A stretch of DNA of 64,000 nucleotides from NCBI GenBank assembly GCA_040218735.1, contig JAVJQW010000043.1, positions 1 through 64,000 on the forward strand. The letters run 5' to 3'. This document shows positions 38,665-47,198 of this stretch, one piece after another. Both the position numbers and the translations under genes were made by a program. The notes below the pieces were generated by a model, which was not told the origin of the DNA, did not search any database, and saw nothing but the letters and a program-made list of their open reading frames with translations. Source of the DNA: Deltaproteobacteria bacterium. GTDB lineage: Bacteria; Myxococcota; Kuafuiibacteriia; Kuafuiibacteriales; Kuafuiibacteriaceae. How positions within the stretch are numbered: the first letter of the stretch is position 1; each line of letters starts with the position of its first letter.

Positions 38665-41355
38665 ATGACCACCGCGAGCGACGCCCGCGGCGGGGTGCTG
38701 GCGCTCGGCGGCGTGGCCTTCATGCTCATGGCGGTCGCCGCCGCGTACCTGTGGCACGATCGCGGCGAGCCCGAGACGGCGGTCGCCGCCGCGGCGCCCG
38801 AGAAGCCGCTGAAGGTCTACTTCGGCGGCTGCCACGAGGTCCACGAGGGCCCGGTGTGCATGCTCAGCGGCACCGCGACGATCACGCTGTGGATGGAGGA
38901 CCCGGGGTACGAGCCCGTGGTGCTGGTGGATGGGCAAAAGGCTGTGACACGGGGTGCCCCGATCGACGGAGGTGTTCGCGTGCGAGTCGCCGTTTCATCC
39001 TCAGCCCGGCGTCTGACCATCGAACCCGATCGGTGGAACCTTCCCATTGAAAGCGCGCGGCATTTCCCAGCTGTCGACCGAATCCAAGCCGAGCGTATCG
39101 CACGGCCGGCCCACGCGCTCGCACAGGCTGTCCGCGCTAAGGATATCGCCCGTGATTCGCATGAACGCGCGGAACTGGCGTCGATGACCGCTCGGCTCCA
39201 CTACGACCTCAGGAATCGTGAGTGGAAAGACGACATCCTTCAATCCATCGAGCTACATCGCGTCAACGGATGTCTCACTGGAATGGCAAGAGACCTCGCG
39301 TTCGCTAGTCATCGCCTTCGCGATAATGGAGATATCGCGGGATCCCGTGATTCCCTCCGTCTGCTCGACGACGTTGCACGGAAGGCGCCGGAGTACAAAC
39401 TGGCGCATGCGTACTTCGACGCAATGCTCAAGAACCAGACTGGTGACACAAGAGCTGCTCTGGATGCACTCGACCACCTCAATCTGTGGTCCTACCGCCT
39501 TGCTGACCAAACATACCACGAGGCGTCAATATACCTAACCCTATTACTAATGTCCTTTCTTTCGCGTAGTTCGGAGACGCAACTGCTCCTCGAAAGACTC
39601 TCCGCGCAGGTGGCGAACACGCGAGAGCCCTGCGCAAAGGCTCGACTGCTAAATAACTTGGCGTGGTTCGGACGCGGTGTGGATGTCGATCGGAGCGTGC
39701 GTGCGGCGATGGAATCCGCACAAATCTACAGTGCTTCGTGCCCAAACGCCGAAGGCGATGTCCTCCTCCGGCTAACACTCGGGCGCCTCTACCTTCAGAA
39801 GGGTGATGCCGAATCGGTGCAGTCTACTCTGGCCTCGTTGGCGCGTTACTCACGGACCGAAATAAGCGCCCGTAATCAGATCGAGATTGATGACCTACGG
39901 GCGCACCTGGCTGCGCTCAATGGCGACGGAAACAGGGCTCTTCGGCTATTCGACTCAGTACGGCGTCGGACTGGGATTCACTATGAGGCCAAGCTCCATT
40001 GGAGCGCACTAGTTGGTATCGCAGCGGCGTACCTGCGTGACGGTCAAACGAGCCTTGCGGTCGAGACTCTACAGGAGGCAGAACGACTTGTGGATCTTCT
40101 TGTCCTTTCGATCCCACTCGGCGAAGGGAGGACTTCTTTCACAGACGAAATGGGTCGCTCATCAGAGATGCTGGTCGAGGTCCACCTCGACGACGGCGAT
40201 CTAGACGCAGCTATGAGAACCGCTGCAGCTAGTATCCGAAGAGCATCAAGCGCTCTTGCTCTGGCCGCGCGAGTGTCAGCGCTGCCAGCTGACATACGGG
40301 GCAGATTCCGAGATCGACTCGAATCCTACCGTGCGGATCGCCAGCAACTAGCGTCGATTGTTCGTGATGCCTGGAGACTGCCGACGACGCAGCGTCGGCG
40401 AATGGAACACCGCCGCCTGCGACTTGAAGCAAAGTTGACTCGGCATCTTGACGCAATGGTGTCCATGGCTGAGCTTGACTGGAGACAGGACGAACGGCCC
40501 CTTGAAACTACAAGTGGAGAACTCGTTCTCTATCCGACGGCCGATGGCTTTGTAGCGCTACTTCGCCTCTTCGGCGGCCTCGAGTGGACGAAGATATCCG
40601 GTGATCTGGAGACGAACCTGAGAGATTGGCTAGCGCTAAGTCTGAATCTCCGGGGCGGTGAGTTGCATCGACTTTTCGTACTTTCTCACCCAAAGCTGTT
40701 ACAGATACCAGTAGACCGGCTAGTCAGTCAGTTGTCGCCGTCTCCTGTCGTTACTGCCTACTCCGCCGGACTGTTGCAAGCACATCGGCCGAAGAGGCCA
40801 AAGCGAGCTCTTGTTGTCGGTGATCCGGACGGCACGCTGCCGCAATCGCGGTCTGAGATTGAAGTCGTGCGTCGACAATTGACTGCGAAGCGTTGGATGG
40901 TAGACGTGGTAGTAGGTGACGACGCCCGAAGGGAGACGATTCTCGCGAGCCTATCAGATGTGCGTTACGGCCTATTTCACTTCGCAGGACATTCAGCTTC
41001 ACGCGGGGTGTCGGGTTGGGAGAGCTATCTTAGGACGGCCGATTCCGACTCCATCACGGTTGCCGACATCTTTGCGCTCGAGTCGGTTCCCCCGGTTGTT
41101 GTGCTTTCCTCATGCGAAGGTGGCGGCGATGGGTTCTCGCCCGTTGGAATTGCTCAGGCGATGATTGCGCGCGGGGCAGTCGTGGTCATAGCAGCAACGC
41201 GTGATGTTGAGGACGGGTACGCAAGGAAGCTCGCCACCGAGCTGTATCGGCCGGAGGGTGAACTCCGGGTTGATGTCCGATTGGCTGAGCTAGGTTGGAA
41301 TGCACAGAATGTAGAAAACGCTCGTGCCGCTGGGTTTCGAACCTTTGTGAGGTAA
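38665..41355 (+). CDS. N-terminally anchored TPR-repeat + CHAT (caspase-like, clan CD) protease
   Basis: TM segment GVLALGGVAFMLMAVAAAYLW; helical repeats (KARLLNNLAW); LVVGDPDGTLP..EI; FHFAGHS (His) and VVLSSCEG (Cys). Confidence 0.9.
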   Translation: MTTASDARGGVLALGGVAFMLMAVAAAYLWHDRGEPETAVAAAAPEKPLKVYFGGCHEVHEGPVCMLSGTATITLWMEDPGYEPVVLVDGQKAVTRGAPIDGGVRVRVAVSSSARRLTIEPDRWNLPIESARHFPAVDRIQAERIARPAHALAQAVRAKDIARDSHERAELASMTARLHYDLRNREWKDDILQSIELHRVNGCLTGMARDLAFASHRLRDNGDIAGSRDSLRLLDDVARKAPEYKLAHAYFDAMLKNQTGDTRAALDALDHLNLWSYRLADQTYHEASIYLTLLLMSFLSRSSETQLLLERLSAQVANTREPCAKARLLNNLAWFGRGVDVDRSVRAAMESAQIYSASCPNAEGDVLLRLTLGRLYLQKGDAESVQSTLASLARYSRTEISARNQIEIDDLRAHLAALNGDGNRALRLFDSVRRRTGIHYEAKLHWSALVGIAAAYLRDGQTSLAVETLQEAERLVDLLVLSIPLGEGRTSFTDEMGRSSEMLVEVHLDDGDLDAAMRTAAASIRRASSALALAARVSALPADIRGRFRDRLESYRADRQQLASIVRDAWRLPTTQRRRMEHRRLRLEAKLTRHLDAMVSMAELDWRQDERPLETTSGELVLYPTADGFVALLRLFGGLEWTKISGDLETNLRDWLALSLNLRGGELHRLFVLSHPKLLQIPVDRLVSQLSPSPVVTAYSAGLLQAHRPKRPKRALVVGDPDGTLPQSRSEIEVVRRQLTAKRWMVDVVVGDDARRETILASLSDVRYGLFHFAGHSASRGVSGWESYLRTADSDSITVADIFALESVPPVVVLSSCEGGGDGFSPVGIAQAMIARGAVVVIAATRDVEDGYARKLATELYRPEGELRVDVRLAELGWNAQNVENARAAGFRTFVR

Positions 41356-41362
41356 ATTTGAG

Positions 41363-41824
41363 ATGAGATACAAACTTCTGTTCTTGACGATTCTGACGGC
41401 TGCAAATGCTACTGCTTGCATTCCTGTCCATCGCTGCGACTGCTGTGAGAAAGTCGTTGTGAAATGCGCTGACGGGCGCGGGCAGTCTGGCGATGGTGGG
41501 CTCGGTCCCGTTGGGCCTGACGCTCCCTGCCCACCATGCACCCTCTACATCTCGGACACCCAGCTCCAGGGCGTCCTGGATCCCAAGTACTCGAAGCACG
41601 AGTACCCGTTCACCACCGCCACCCTCACGGTGTTCAACGCCGCGGCGAATCCGATCGGGCAGGCGGTCCTTCAACCTGATCACCAGTACGGGGGGACGAA
41701 CATCGACCAGAAGGTCGTGTTCGATACGCCGCTCGACACGAACGACATCAAGTCGGCGTCGATTCGGTGGATCGACAAGAACGGGCAGGCCCTCGAGCAG
41801 CCGAACATCATGCTCAAGCCCTGA
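41363..41824 (+). CDS. Small exported protein / putative lipoprotein with Cys-rich N-terminal segment (CHAT partner 1)
   Basis: MRYK + hydrophobic stretch + ATAC; CDCC..C; CPPCT..L.G.LDP.Y domain shared with the next gene; 7 bp after the CHAT stop. Confidence 0.8.
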   Translation: MRYKLLFLTILTAANATACIPVHRCDCCEKVVVKCADGRGQSGDGGLGPVGPDAPCPPCTLYISDTQLQGVLDPKYSKHEYPFTTATLTVFNAAANPIGQAVLQPDHQYGGTNIDQKVVFDTPLDTNDIKSASIRWIDKNGQALEQPNIMLKP

Positions 41825-41854
41825 GTCGCACCTGCCCTCTCGGGCAGTGTTGCG

Positions 41855-41865
41855 CCCCCCCCCCC
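41855..41865. repeat. C11 homopolymer in the intergenic region
   Basis: tgcg ccccccccccc gcgg, preceded by hairpin ctgccc-tctc-gggcag (41832-41847). Confidence 0.85.
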
Positions 41866-41884
41866 GCGGCCTAAGCTCGCCGCC

Positions 41885-42274
41885 ATGAACACGTCCAAGA
41901 TGCTCATCATGGCGAGCGCGCTCGCGGCCGCCTTCGTCTGGGTCGCGCTACCCGCCGCACTGCTGAGCGCGAACCCGAACGTGTCGTGTCCACCCTGCAC
42001 CTACGACATCTCGCGCCAAGAGCTCACCGGCACCCTCGACCCCGGCTACACCGCGCACCCCTTCCCCTTCACCGGCATGACGCTCACGCTCGTGGACGGC
42101 TCCGACAACGTGCTCGACACGATCGCGGACCTCCCGCCGAGCTTTCAGTACGGTAGCACCGTGCTCGATCAGGTCATCGACACCGACGTCACCTCCGGCG
42201 TCGCCAAGGCTCAGCTCGAGTGGATGGACGACGACAACAACCCGGTCTCCCAGACGATCACCGTCGTCCCCTGA
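41885..42274 (+). CDS. Small exported protein, paralog of the upstream gene (CHAT partner 2)
   Basis: Signal peptide; SCPPCTYDISRQELTGTLDPGYTAHPFPFT..QYGSTVLDQ..W. Confidence 0.82.
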   Translation: MNTSKMLIMASALAAAFVWVALPAALLSANPNVSCPPCTYDISRQELTGTLDPGYTAHPFPFTGMTLTLVDGSDNVLDTIADLPPSFQYGSTVLDQVIDTDVTSGVAKAQLEWMDDDNNPVSQTITVVP

Positions 42275-42287
42275 GATCCAGGCCCCC

Positions 42288-44093
42288 TCAGAACGCCGCG
42301 TCGATGCGGGCGTCCAGCACGTCCAGCGGCACGCTAGCGCCCGTGAGGACCACGTTGTGGAAGCGCTTCAGGTCGAAGGCGCTCCCCGCGCGGGCCTCGG
42401 CGCGTGCGCGGGCTGCGAGGATGCGGTTCATGCCCGTCGCGTACGCCGTCGCTTGGCCGGGCCAGCTGATGTAACGCGCCGTCTGGCCGTCGGCGGCGCC
42501 CTGCGGGAAGCCGACGTTCGTCTGCATGAACGTGCTCGCCCGCGCGAAGTCCCAACCCATCACGTGCAGCCCCGTGTCCATCACCAACCGCGCCGCGCGG
42601 AACGCCTCGTACTGGAGCCGGCCCAAGTCACCGTAGGCGTCCCCCGCGTACCAACCCAGATCCGCCGCCAAGCGCTCCGCGTAGAGCGCCCAACCCTCCG
42701 TGTACGCCGTGTGCCGAGTGATTCGTCGGAAGAACGGGAGATCCAGGTCTTGCATGATCCCAATCTGCAAGTGATGCCCCGGCAGCGCCTCGTGATACGC
42801 CAGCGTCTTCATCCCGAAGCGCGCCTCCCCGGACCCACCCACCGTAGCGTAGAACGCACCCGGGCGCGCCCCATCCAACGACGGCCCGATGTAGAACCCA
42901 CCGCTCGGCGCGCCGATCACCACCACGTCCGTCGAAGGCAACACATCGAACGCCTCCGCCAATCGCCCCTCCGCGTCCTCGATGATCCGCGTGTACTCAT
43001 CCAGAATCTCATCACCCGGAACCACCCCGCCGTCCGTCACCAGCTGCCCGTACAGCTCCTGCAACGGCGCATCGCGCCGGTAACCCAACCCCTCGAACGC
43101 ATCCCGCATCTGCACGTGAATCCGCTCCAGGTCCGCCAACCCCTGCGCGTGGATCTGCTCCGCCGTGCTCGAAGTCGTCGTGTGGTGCCGCAACGCCGCC
43201 GCGTAGTACGCCGCCCCGTTCGGCAACGCCCCGACGCCGACCTCCGCCGGCGCCATGCGCGCCACGCGCGCCAGCGCCGCATCGAGCCGCTCGTACGCCG
43301 GAATCACGTCCGTCTCGATCGCAAACTGCGCCGAGACCAGCAGCTCCGCGCGCACCGACGACGCCACGTCGATGCCCCCGATCTTCCGCGACAACGCCGC
43401 ATAATACGGCGTACTCAAATAACCCTGTAACCCCGCGTTCTGCACGCGGCCACGAATCCAACCCACCATCACGGCCGGCGGCGCGTATCCACGTGAAGCA
43501 CGCTCCTCCACCACCGCCGCGACCTGATCGAGCTTGTCATCCACCCGCCACAACCGAGCGATGTAAGCCTCTGCATCCGCCATCGTCTCGAGCGGATGAA
43601 TCTCCGTGAAGAACAGCTCCGTCTGCGCCGGCTCACCCGCGATGATCGGCGACATCAGATACGCGTGATCGCGCCACGCGTACGCCGAGAGCTGATCCTC
43701 CAGATACCAAAGGTAGACGTCGTAAGTGAGCTGCTGCTCCGCCGTCAGCGCGCCGCGGTCCACCGCCATCACCGCGTCGCGAATCACCTCCACCACCGCG
43801 TTGGTCTCGCCCGCGAACGCGTCCGAACGATCGTCCAACCGCACCGCGTCCTGCGGATACTTCGACTCCAACTGCAACTCGAACAAAGACTCCGGGCTCC
43901 GCCGCAACAAGTGCTCGAACGACAGCTCCACCAGCGCGTCGAACGCCAACCCCGACAGCGACGACGAAACCTCCGCCGCCGACGGCAACACGTGCGCCGG
44001 CGGCTCCGCGGGCCGCTCACGCGCAGGCCCGTCCGTCTTGTTGTCCCCGCTACACGCCGCGAGCAGCCCGAGGAACCAAAGAGCGCGCTTCAT
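42288..44093 (-). CDS. DUF885 family lipoprotein
   Basis: Lipobox LAAC; LAYHEALPGHHLQ, EGWALYAE, RAARLVMDTGLH, RYISWPGQATAY, FDLKRFH. Confidence 0.92.
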   Translation of the reverse strand: MKRALWFLGLLAACSGDNKTDGPARERPAEPPAHVLPSAAEVSSSLSGLAFDALVELSFEHLLRRSPESLFELQLESKYPQDAVRLDDRSDAFAGETNAVVEVIRDAVMAVDRGALTAEQQLTYDVYLWYLEDQLSAYAWRDHAYLMSPIIAGEPAQTELFFTEIHPLETMADAEAYIARLWRVDDKLDQVAAVVEERASRGYAPPAVMVGWIRGRVQNAGLQGYLSTPYYAALSRKIGGIDVASSVRAELLVSAQFAIETDVIPAYERLDAALARVARMAPAEVGVGALPNGAAYYAAALRHHTTTSSTAEQIHAQGLADLERIHVQMRDAFEGLGYRRDAPLQELYGQLVTDGGVVPGDEILDEYTRIIEDAEGRLAEAFDVLPSTDVVVIGAPSGGFYIGPSLDGARPGAFYATVGGSGEARFGMKTLAYHEALPGHHLQIGIMQDLDLPFFRRITRHTAYTEGWALYAERLAADLGWYAGDAYGDLGRLQYEAFRAARLVMDTGLHVMGWDFARASTFMQTNVGFPQGAADGQTARYISWPGQATAYATGMNRILAARARAEARAGSAFDLKRFHNVVLTGASVPLDVLDARIDAAF

Positions 44094-45265
44094 CCTGCGG
44101 ATGGTAACAAACGCACGAAGGCCGCGACGAAGAACCCGTCCGTGTCGTGCTCGTCCGGCCGCAGCGTCTCGCGCGGCGACGCACCCGGCCACACCGGCAC
44201 CGCTTCCACATCCGCCGACGCCTCGAACGCCGAAGCAACCTCCGCGTTCTCGGCCGACAGCAACGAACACGTCGCGTACACGATGCGCCCGCCCGGGCGA
44301 ACCAGCGAAAACGCCCGCCGCAGTAAATCCAGCTGCAGCGACGCCAACGACGCCACCTCCGCCGCCGACACCCGCCACTTCCGGTCCGGCCCGCGCCGCC
44401 ACGTCCCGGTCGCGGAACACGGCGCATCCACCAACACCCGATCCGCTCCACTCGACGGAGCCGACCCAGTCAGATCCACCACCCGCACCGACGGCGAATC
44501 GACACGCCCCAACCGAACCTCCAGATCGCGAAGCCGCGCGCCATCGACGTCACACGCCCACAGCGTCCCGGTGTCCTCCATCGCCGCCGCGAGCGCCAAA
44601 GTCTTACCGCCGGCGCCCGCGCACAGATCGATCACCGCCTCACCGGGCCGCGCGTCCACCGCCACCGCGACCATCTGGCTCGCCTCGTCCTGAACCTCGA
44701 ACGCCCCGTCGCGCCACGCCGCAGACCCGCGAATGTCCGGCCGCCCCGACAACCGCAGCGCACACGGCGCGAGCTGCCTCGGCGCGACGTCCATTCCCTC
44801 CGCGCGCAACCGCAAAGCCAACGTGTCCCGATCTCCGCGCGCACGAATCGCGATCGGCCCCGGCGTGTTCATCACCTCCGCGACCGCGAACGCCGAGTCA
44901 CCGAACTGCTGATACCAGTCCGCCGCGACGAAGTCCGGCAGCGAACCCCACACGCGAAGCCGCTCGACGACACCGGCGGGCCAATCTCCCCGTGCGACCG
45001 GGCCCGAACTCGGGCTCGGCGGCGGCAGCAAGTCATCTCGCCGATCGTACAACTCATGCCAACTCAGCTCCGGAAAGCGCGCCGCCAGATATTCCAACCG
45101 CACGCGATGACAACGCACCCCGTGCACCAGCTCCGCCACGCGCCGGCGTCCGTCGTTGTCCAGCTCCGGATGCGCGCGGAGCGTTCGCTTCAATACACGG
45201 TCCGCCGGCGCCCCCGCCTCCACGCGTTCGAGTGCGGAGGCCGCGATTACCTCCGCCAGCGCCAT
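44090..45265 (-). CDS. RsmB/NOP family RNA m5C methyltransferase
   Basis: FEVQDEASQ, DLCAGAGGKT, LVDAPCSATG, VYATCS, TDGFF. Confidence 0.92.
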   Translation of the reverse strand: MALAEVIAASALERVEAGAPADRVLKRTLRAHPELDNDGRRRVAELVHGVRCHRVRLEYLAARFPELSWHELYDRRDDLLPPPSPSSGPVARGDWPAGVVERLRVWGSLPDFVAADWYQQFGDSAFAVAEVMNTPGPIAIRARGDRDTLALRLRAEGMDVAPRQLAPCALRLSGRPDIRGSAAWRDGAFEVQDEASQMVAVAVDARPGEAVIDLCAGAGGKTLALAAAMEDTGTLWACDVDGARLRDLEVRLGRVDSPSVRVVDLTGSAPSSGADRVLVDAPCSATGTWRRGPDRKWRVSAAEVASLASLQLDLLRRAFSLVRPGGRIVYATCSLLSAENAEVASAFEASADVEAVPVWPGASPRETLRPDEHDTDGFFVAAFVRLLPSAG

Positions 45266-46593
45266 GCTCGACCGTGGACGCCGCGCGCCATGCGCAGCCC
45301 GAGGTTCACCATCAGGTCACCACCGTACGGTCCGAAGAACGCCATCACGTGGCTCTCGTAGTGGTGCATGTCGGCGGCGAGCTCGTCCGGCAGATCGTAG
45401 ACGCGCCGCGGGACGATGTACCCGACGTACGTCCCGTTGAAGCTCGTCACCGCCAGCTGAACGCCGTGTCGACGCGCGTCGCGCCGCATCGCCGCCGTGA
45501 GCTCCCCGCTCATCTCCGCCGGCATGAACGCCCAGACGGTGTGGTCGATCATGATCGATCCGAACGTCAGCACCGGCATGTCGACCAGCGCGGAGATCGG
45601 CGCGCCCCACACCATCACGTCGCGCGTCACGCGGTAACGAAACCGCGGCGTCGGCGCGTACGCCCTTGCGCTCGCCACCACCCCCGACGTCCGCGAACGC
45701 GCCGCCGCAATCCGCAGCGCCCGCCGCACCGCCGACACGAGTGGGTTCACGATCCAAGCGTGGGTCTTGCGCTCGTGTTTCGGGTTCGAGCTCCCCACCC
45801 CTCCGGCCGCGAAACCCAACAGATCGACATCGACCTTCGCCGCGACGTCCGCCGGATAGTCCCCCGAGAGCAACAAGTTCGAAGCGGGCCGCGTCACGGC
45901 GTGACAGCCATAAACCCACAGCGCGGCGACGCGCCCGTCCCGCACGCGCTCGAAGCGCAGCAGGAACAGCTCGTCGTCCACCGGCCCGTTCGTCTCGACG
46001 CGGTTTGCGATCAAAGAAGGCACTCGAACCGACGCGCTCCCGATGCGCGCCGGTTCCACCGCGGCCCACGCCTCCTTCGCCGCCCGCACGTGGGCGTCGA
46101 CCACCGTCTCGAACGCCGCATCCACGAACCCGCCGAACGCGATCTCCCAGAGCACACCCGGCACGAACCCACCCGGCCCGGAGTGCGTATGGGTCGCCGT
46201 GAAGAAGATCCGATCCGGCGGAACGTCCGACAGTCGCGAGGTCACCGCCGCGACCACCGCCGGATCCACCAAGAGCAAGTCCGCGGAGAACACGAGCACC
46301 CGGTGTTCACCGGCGCCGAACACAAACGCGCGCACGGCGACTTCGTCCGCGGTCCCCTCGTGCGGGGCGCCTTCGCGGTCGCCGTACCCGGCGAGCGGGG
46401 CTCCGGAGGGCACACGAATCGGCGCGCGCGCCCAGCCCGCGACGAACGTCCCTTCGCCGACCTCGGTGCCCCGCACCGCGCGCCCAATCGCGTCGACCGA
46501 GGCCACGAACGCGGGCTCGTCGAAGGGCTTCTTGCGATCCAACGGGGCGCACGCTGCGACGGCGATCAGACAGACGAGGATGGTGGTCCGCAT
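45247..46593 (-). CDS. Neutral/alkaline ceramidase N-terminal-domain lipoprotein
   Basis: Lipobox VAAC; PLAGYG, ATHTHSGP, YGCHA, SGDYP. Confidence 0.8.
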   Translation of the reverse strand: MRTTILVCLIAVAACAPLDRKKPFDEPAFVASVDAIGRAVRGTEVGEGTFVAGWARAPIRVPSGAPLAGYGDREGAPHEGTADEVAVRAFVFGAGEHRVLVFSADLLLVDPAVVAAVTSRLSDVPPDRIFFTATHTHSGPGGFVPGVLWEIAFGGFVDAAFETVVDAHVRAAKEAWAAVEPARIGSASVRVPSLIANRVETNGPVDDELFLLRFERVRDGRVAALWVYGCHAVTRPASNLLLSGDYPADVAAKVDVDLLGFAAGGVGSSNPKHERKTHAWIVNPLVSAVRRALRIAAARSRTSGVVASARAYAPTPRFRYRVTRDVMVWGAPISALVDMPVLTFGSIMIDHTVWAFMPAEMSGELTAAMRRDARRHGVQLAVTSFNGTYVGYIVPRRVYDLPDELAADMHHYESHVMAFFGPYGGDLMVNLGLRMARGVHGRAWRWRR

Positions 46594-46658
46594 CGGGGCG
46601 CGCCGACGATACCTCGAAAAAGAGGGCACGAACGGCCCCGGATCGGTATTCTTCGGCC

Positions 46659-47168
46659 ATGCGTAGTCTGAAGTGGATCGCCGCCGCGTCCCTCCTGTTC
46701 GCGTGTGCGGCGCCGTCGGAGCAGGTGAAGGTCGACGACTCGAAGGCGAAGAAACAGGACTACGTGAGCGAGGCCGACGGCCCGACGCCCGAACAGCAAG
46801 CCCACCTGAAGTTCGGCGGCGAGCGCGGCGACCAGCTGTCGTTCCCCGTCTTCCCGGCGGGCGAGGTGCGGTTCTTCGAGGCGGTGGAGGAGCGCGAGCG
46901 CGACGTCGAAGTCGGCGGCGCGAAGAAGCGCACGCCCGAGTTCTGCGAGATCGACCGCGACTGCAGCCGCGACGGTGACCGTTGCCTGAAGCCGGCCGGC
47001 TCACCCGGGACCCGCGGCGTCTGCGGAAAGACGAAGTCCAGCGCGGGGGGGACGGACAAGGCCTCGGGCTACGTCCAGAGCTGCAAGGAGACGTGGGAGT
47101 GCCCGGATCGGTACGACTGCGTGCTCGTGAATGGCCCGTTCGGCGTGTGCGTTCGCCTGTCGTCTTGA
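46659..47168 (+). CDS. Hypothetical lipoprotein with two Cys-rich repeats
   Basis: Lipobox LFAC; CEIDRDC..C..GVC and CKETWEC..C..GVC. Confidence 0.78.
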   Translation: MRSLKWIAAASLLFACAAPSEQVKVDDSKAKKQDYVSEADGPTPEQQAHLKFGGERGDQLSFPVFPAGEVRFFEAVEERERDVEVGGAKKRTPEFCEIDRDCSRDGDRCLKPAGSPGTRGVCGKTKSSAGGTDKASGYVQSCKETWECPDRYDCVLVNGPFGVCVRLSS

Positions 47169-47198
47169 CCCCCGTCGGGGCCCTCGCAAGGATGCCCC

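Noticed and set aside
38930-41535. IS, prophage or integrative element explaining the low-GC segment
   Set aside because: No transposase/integrase, terminal repeats or target duplication seen; the boundaries are in-frame within genes.
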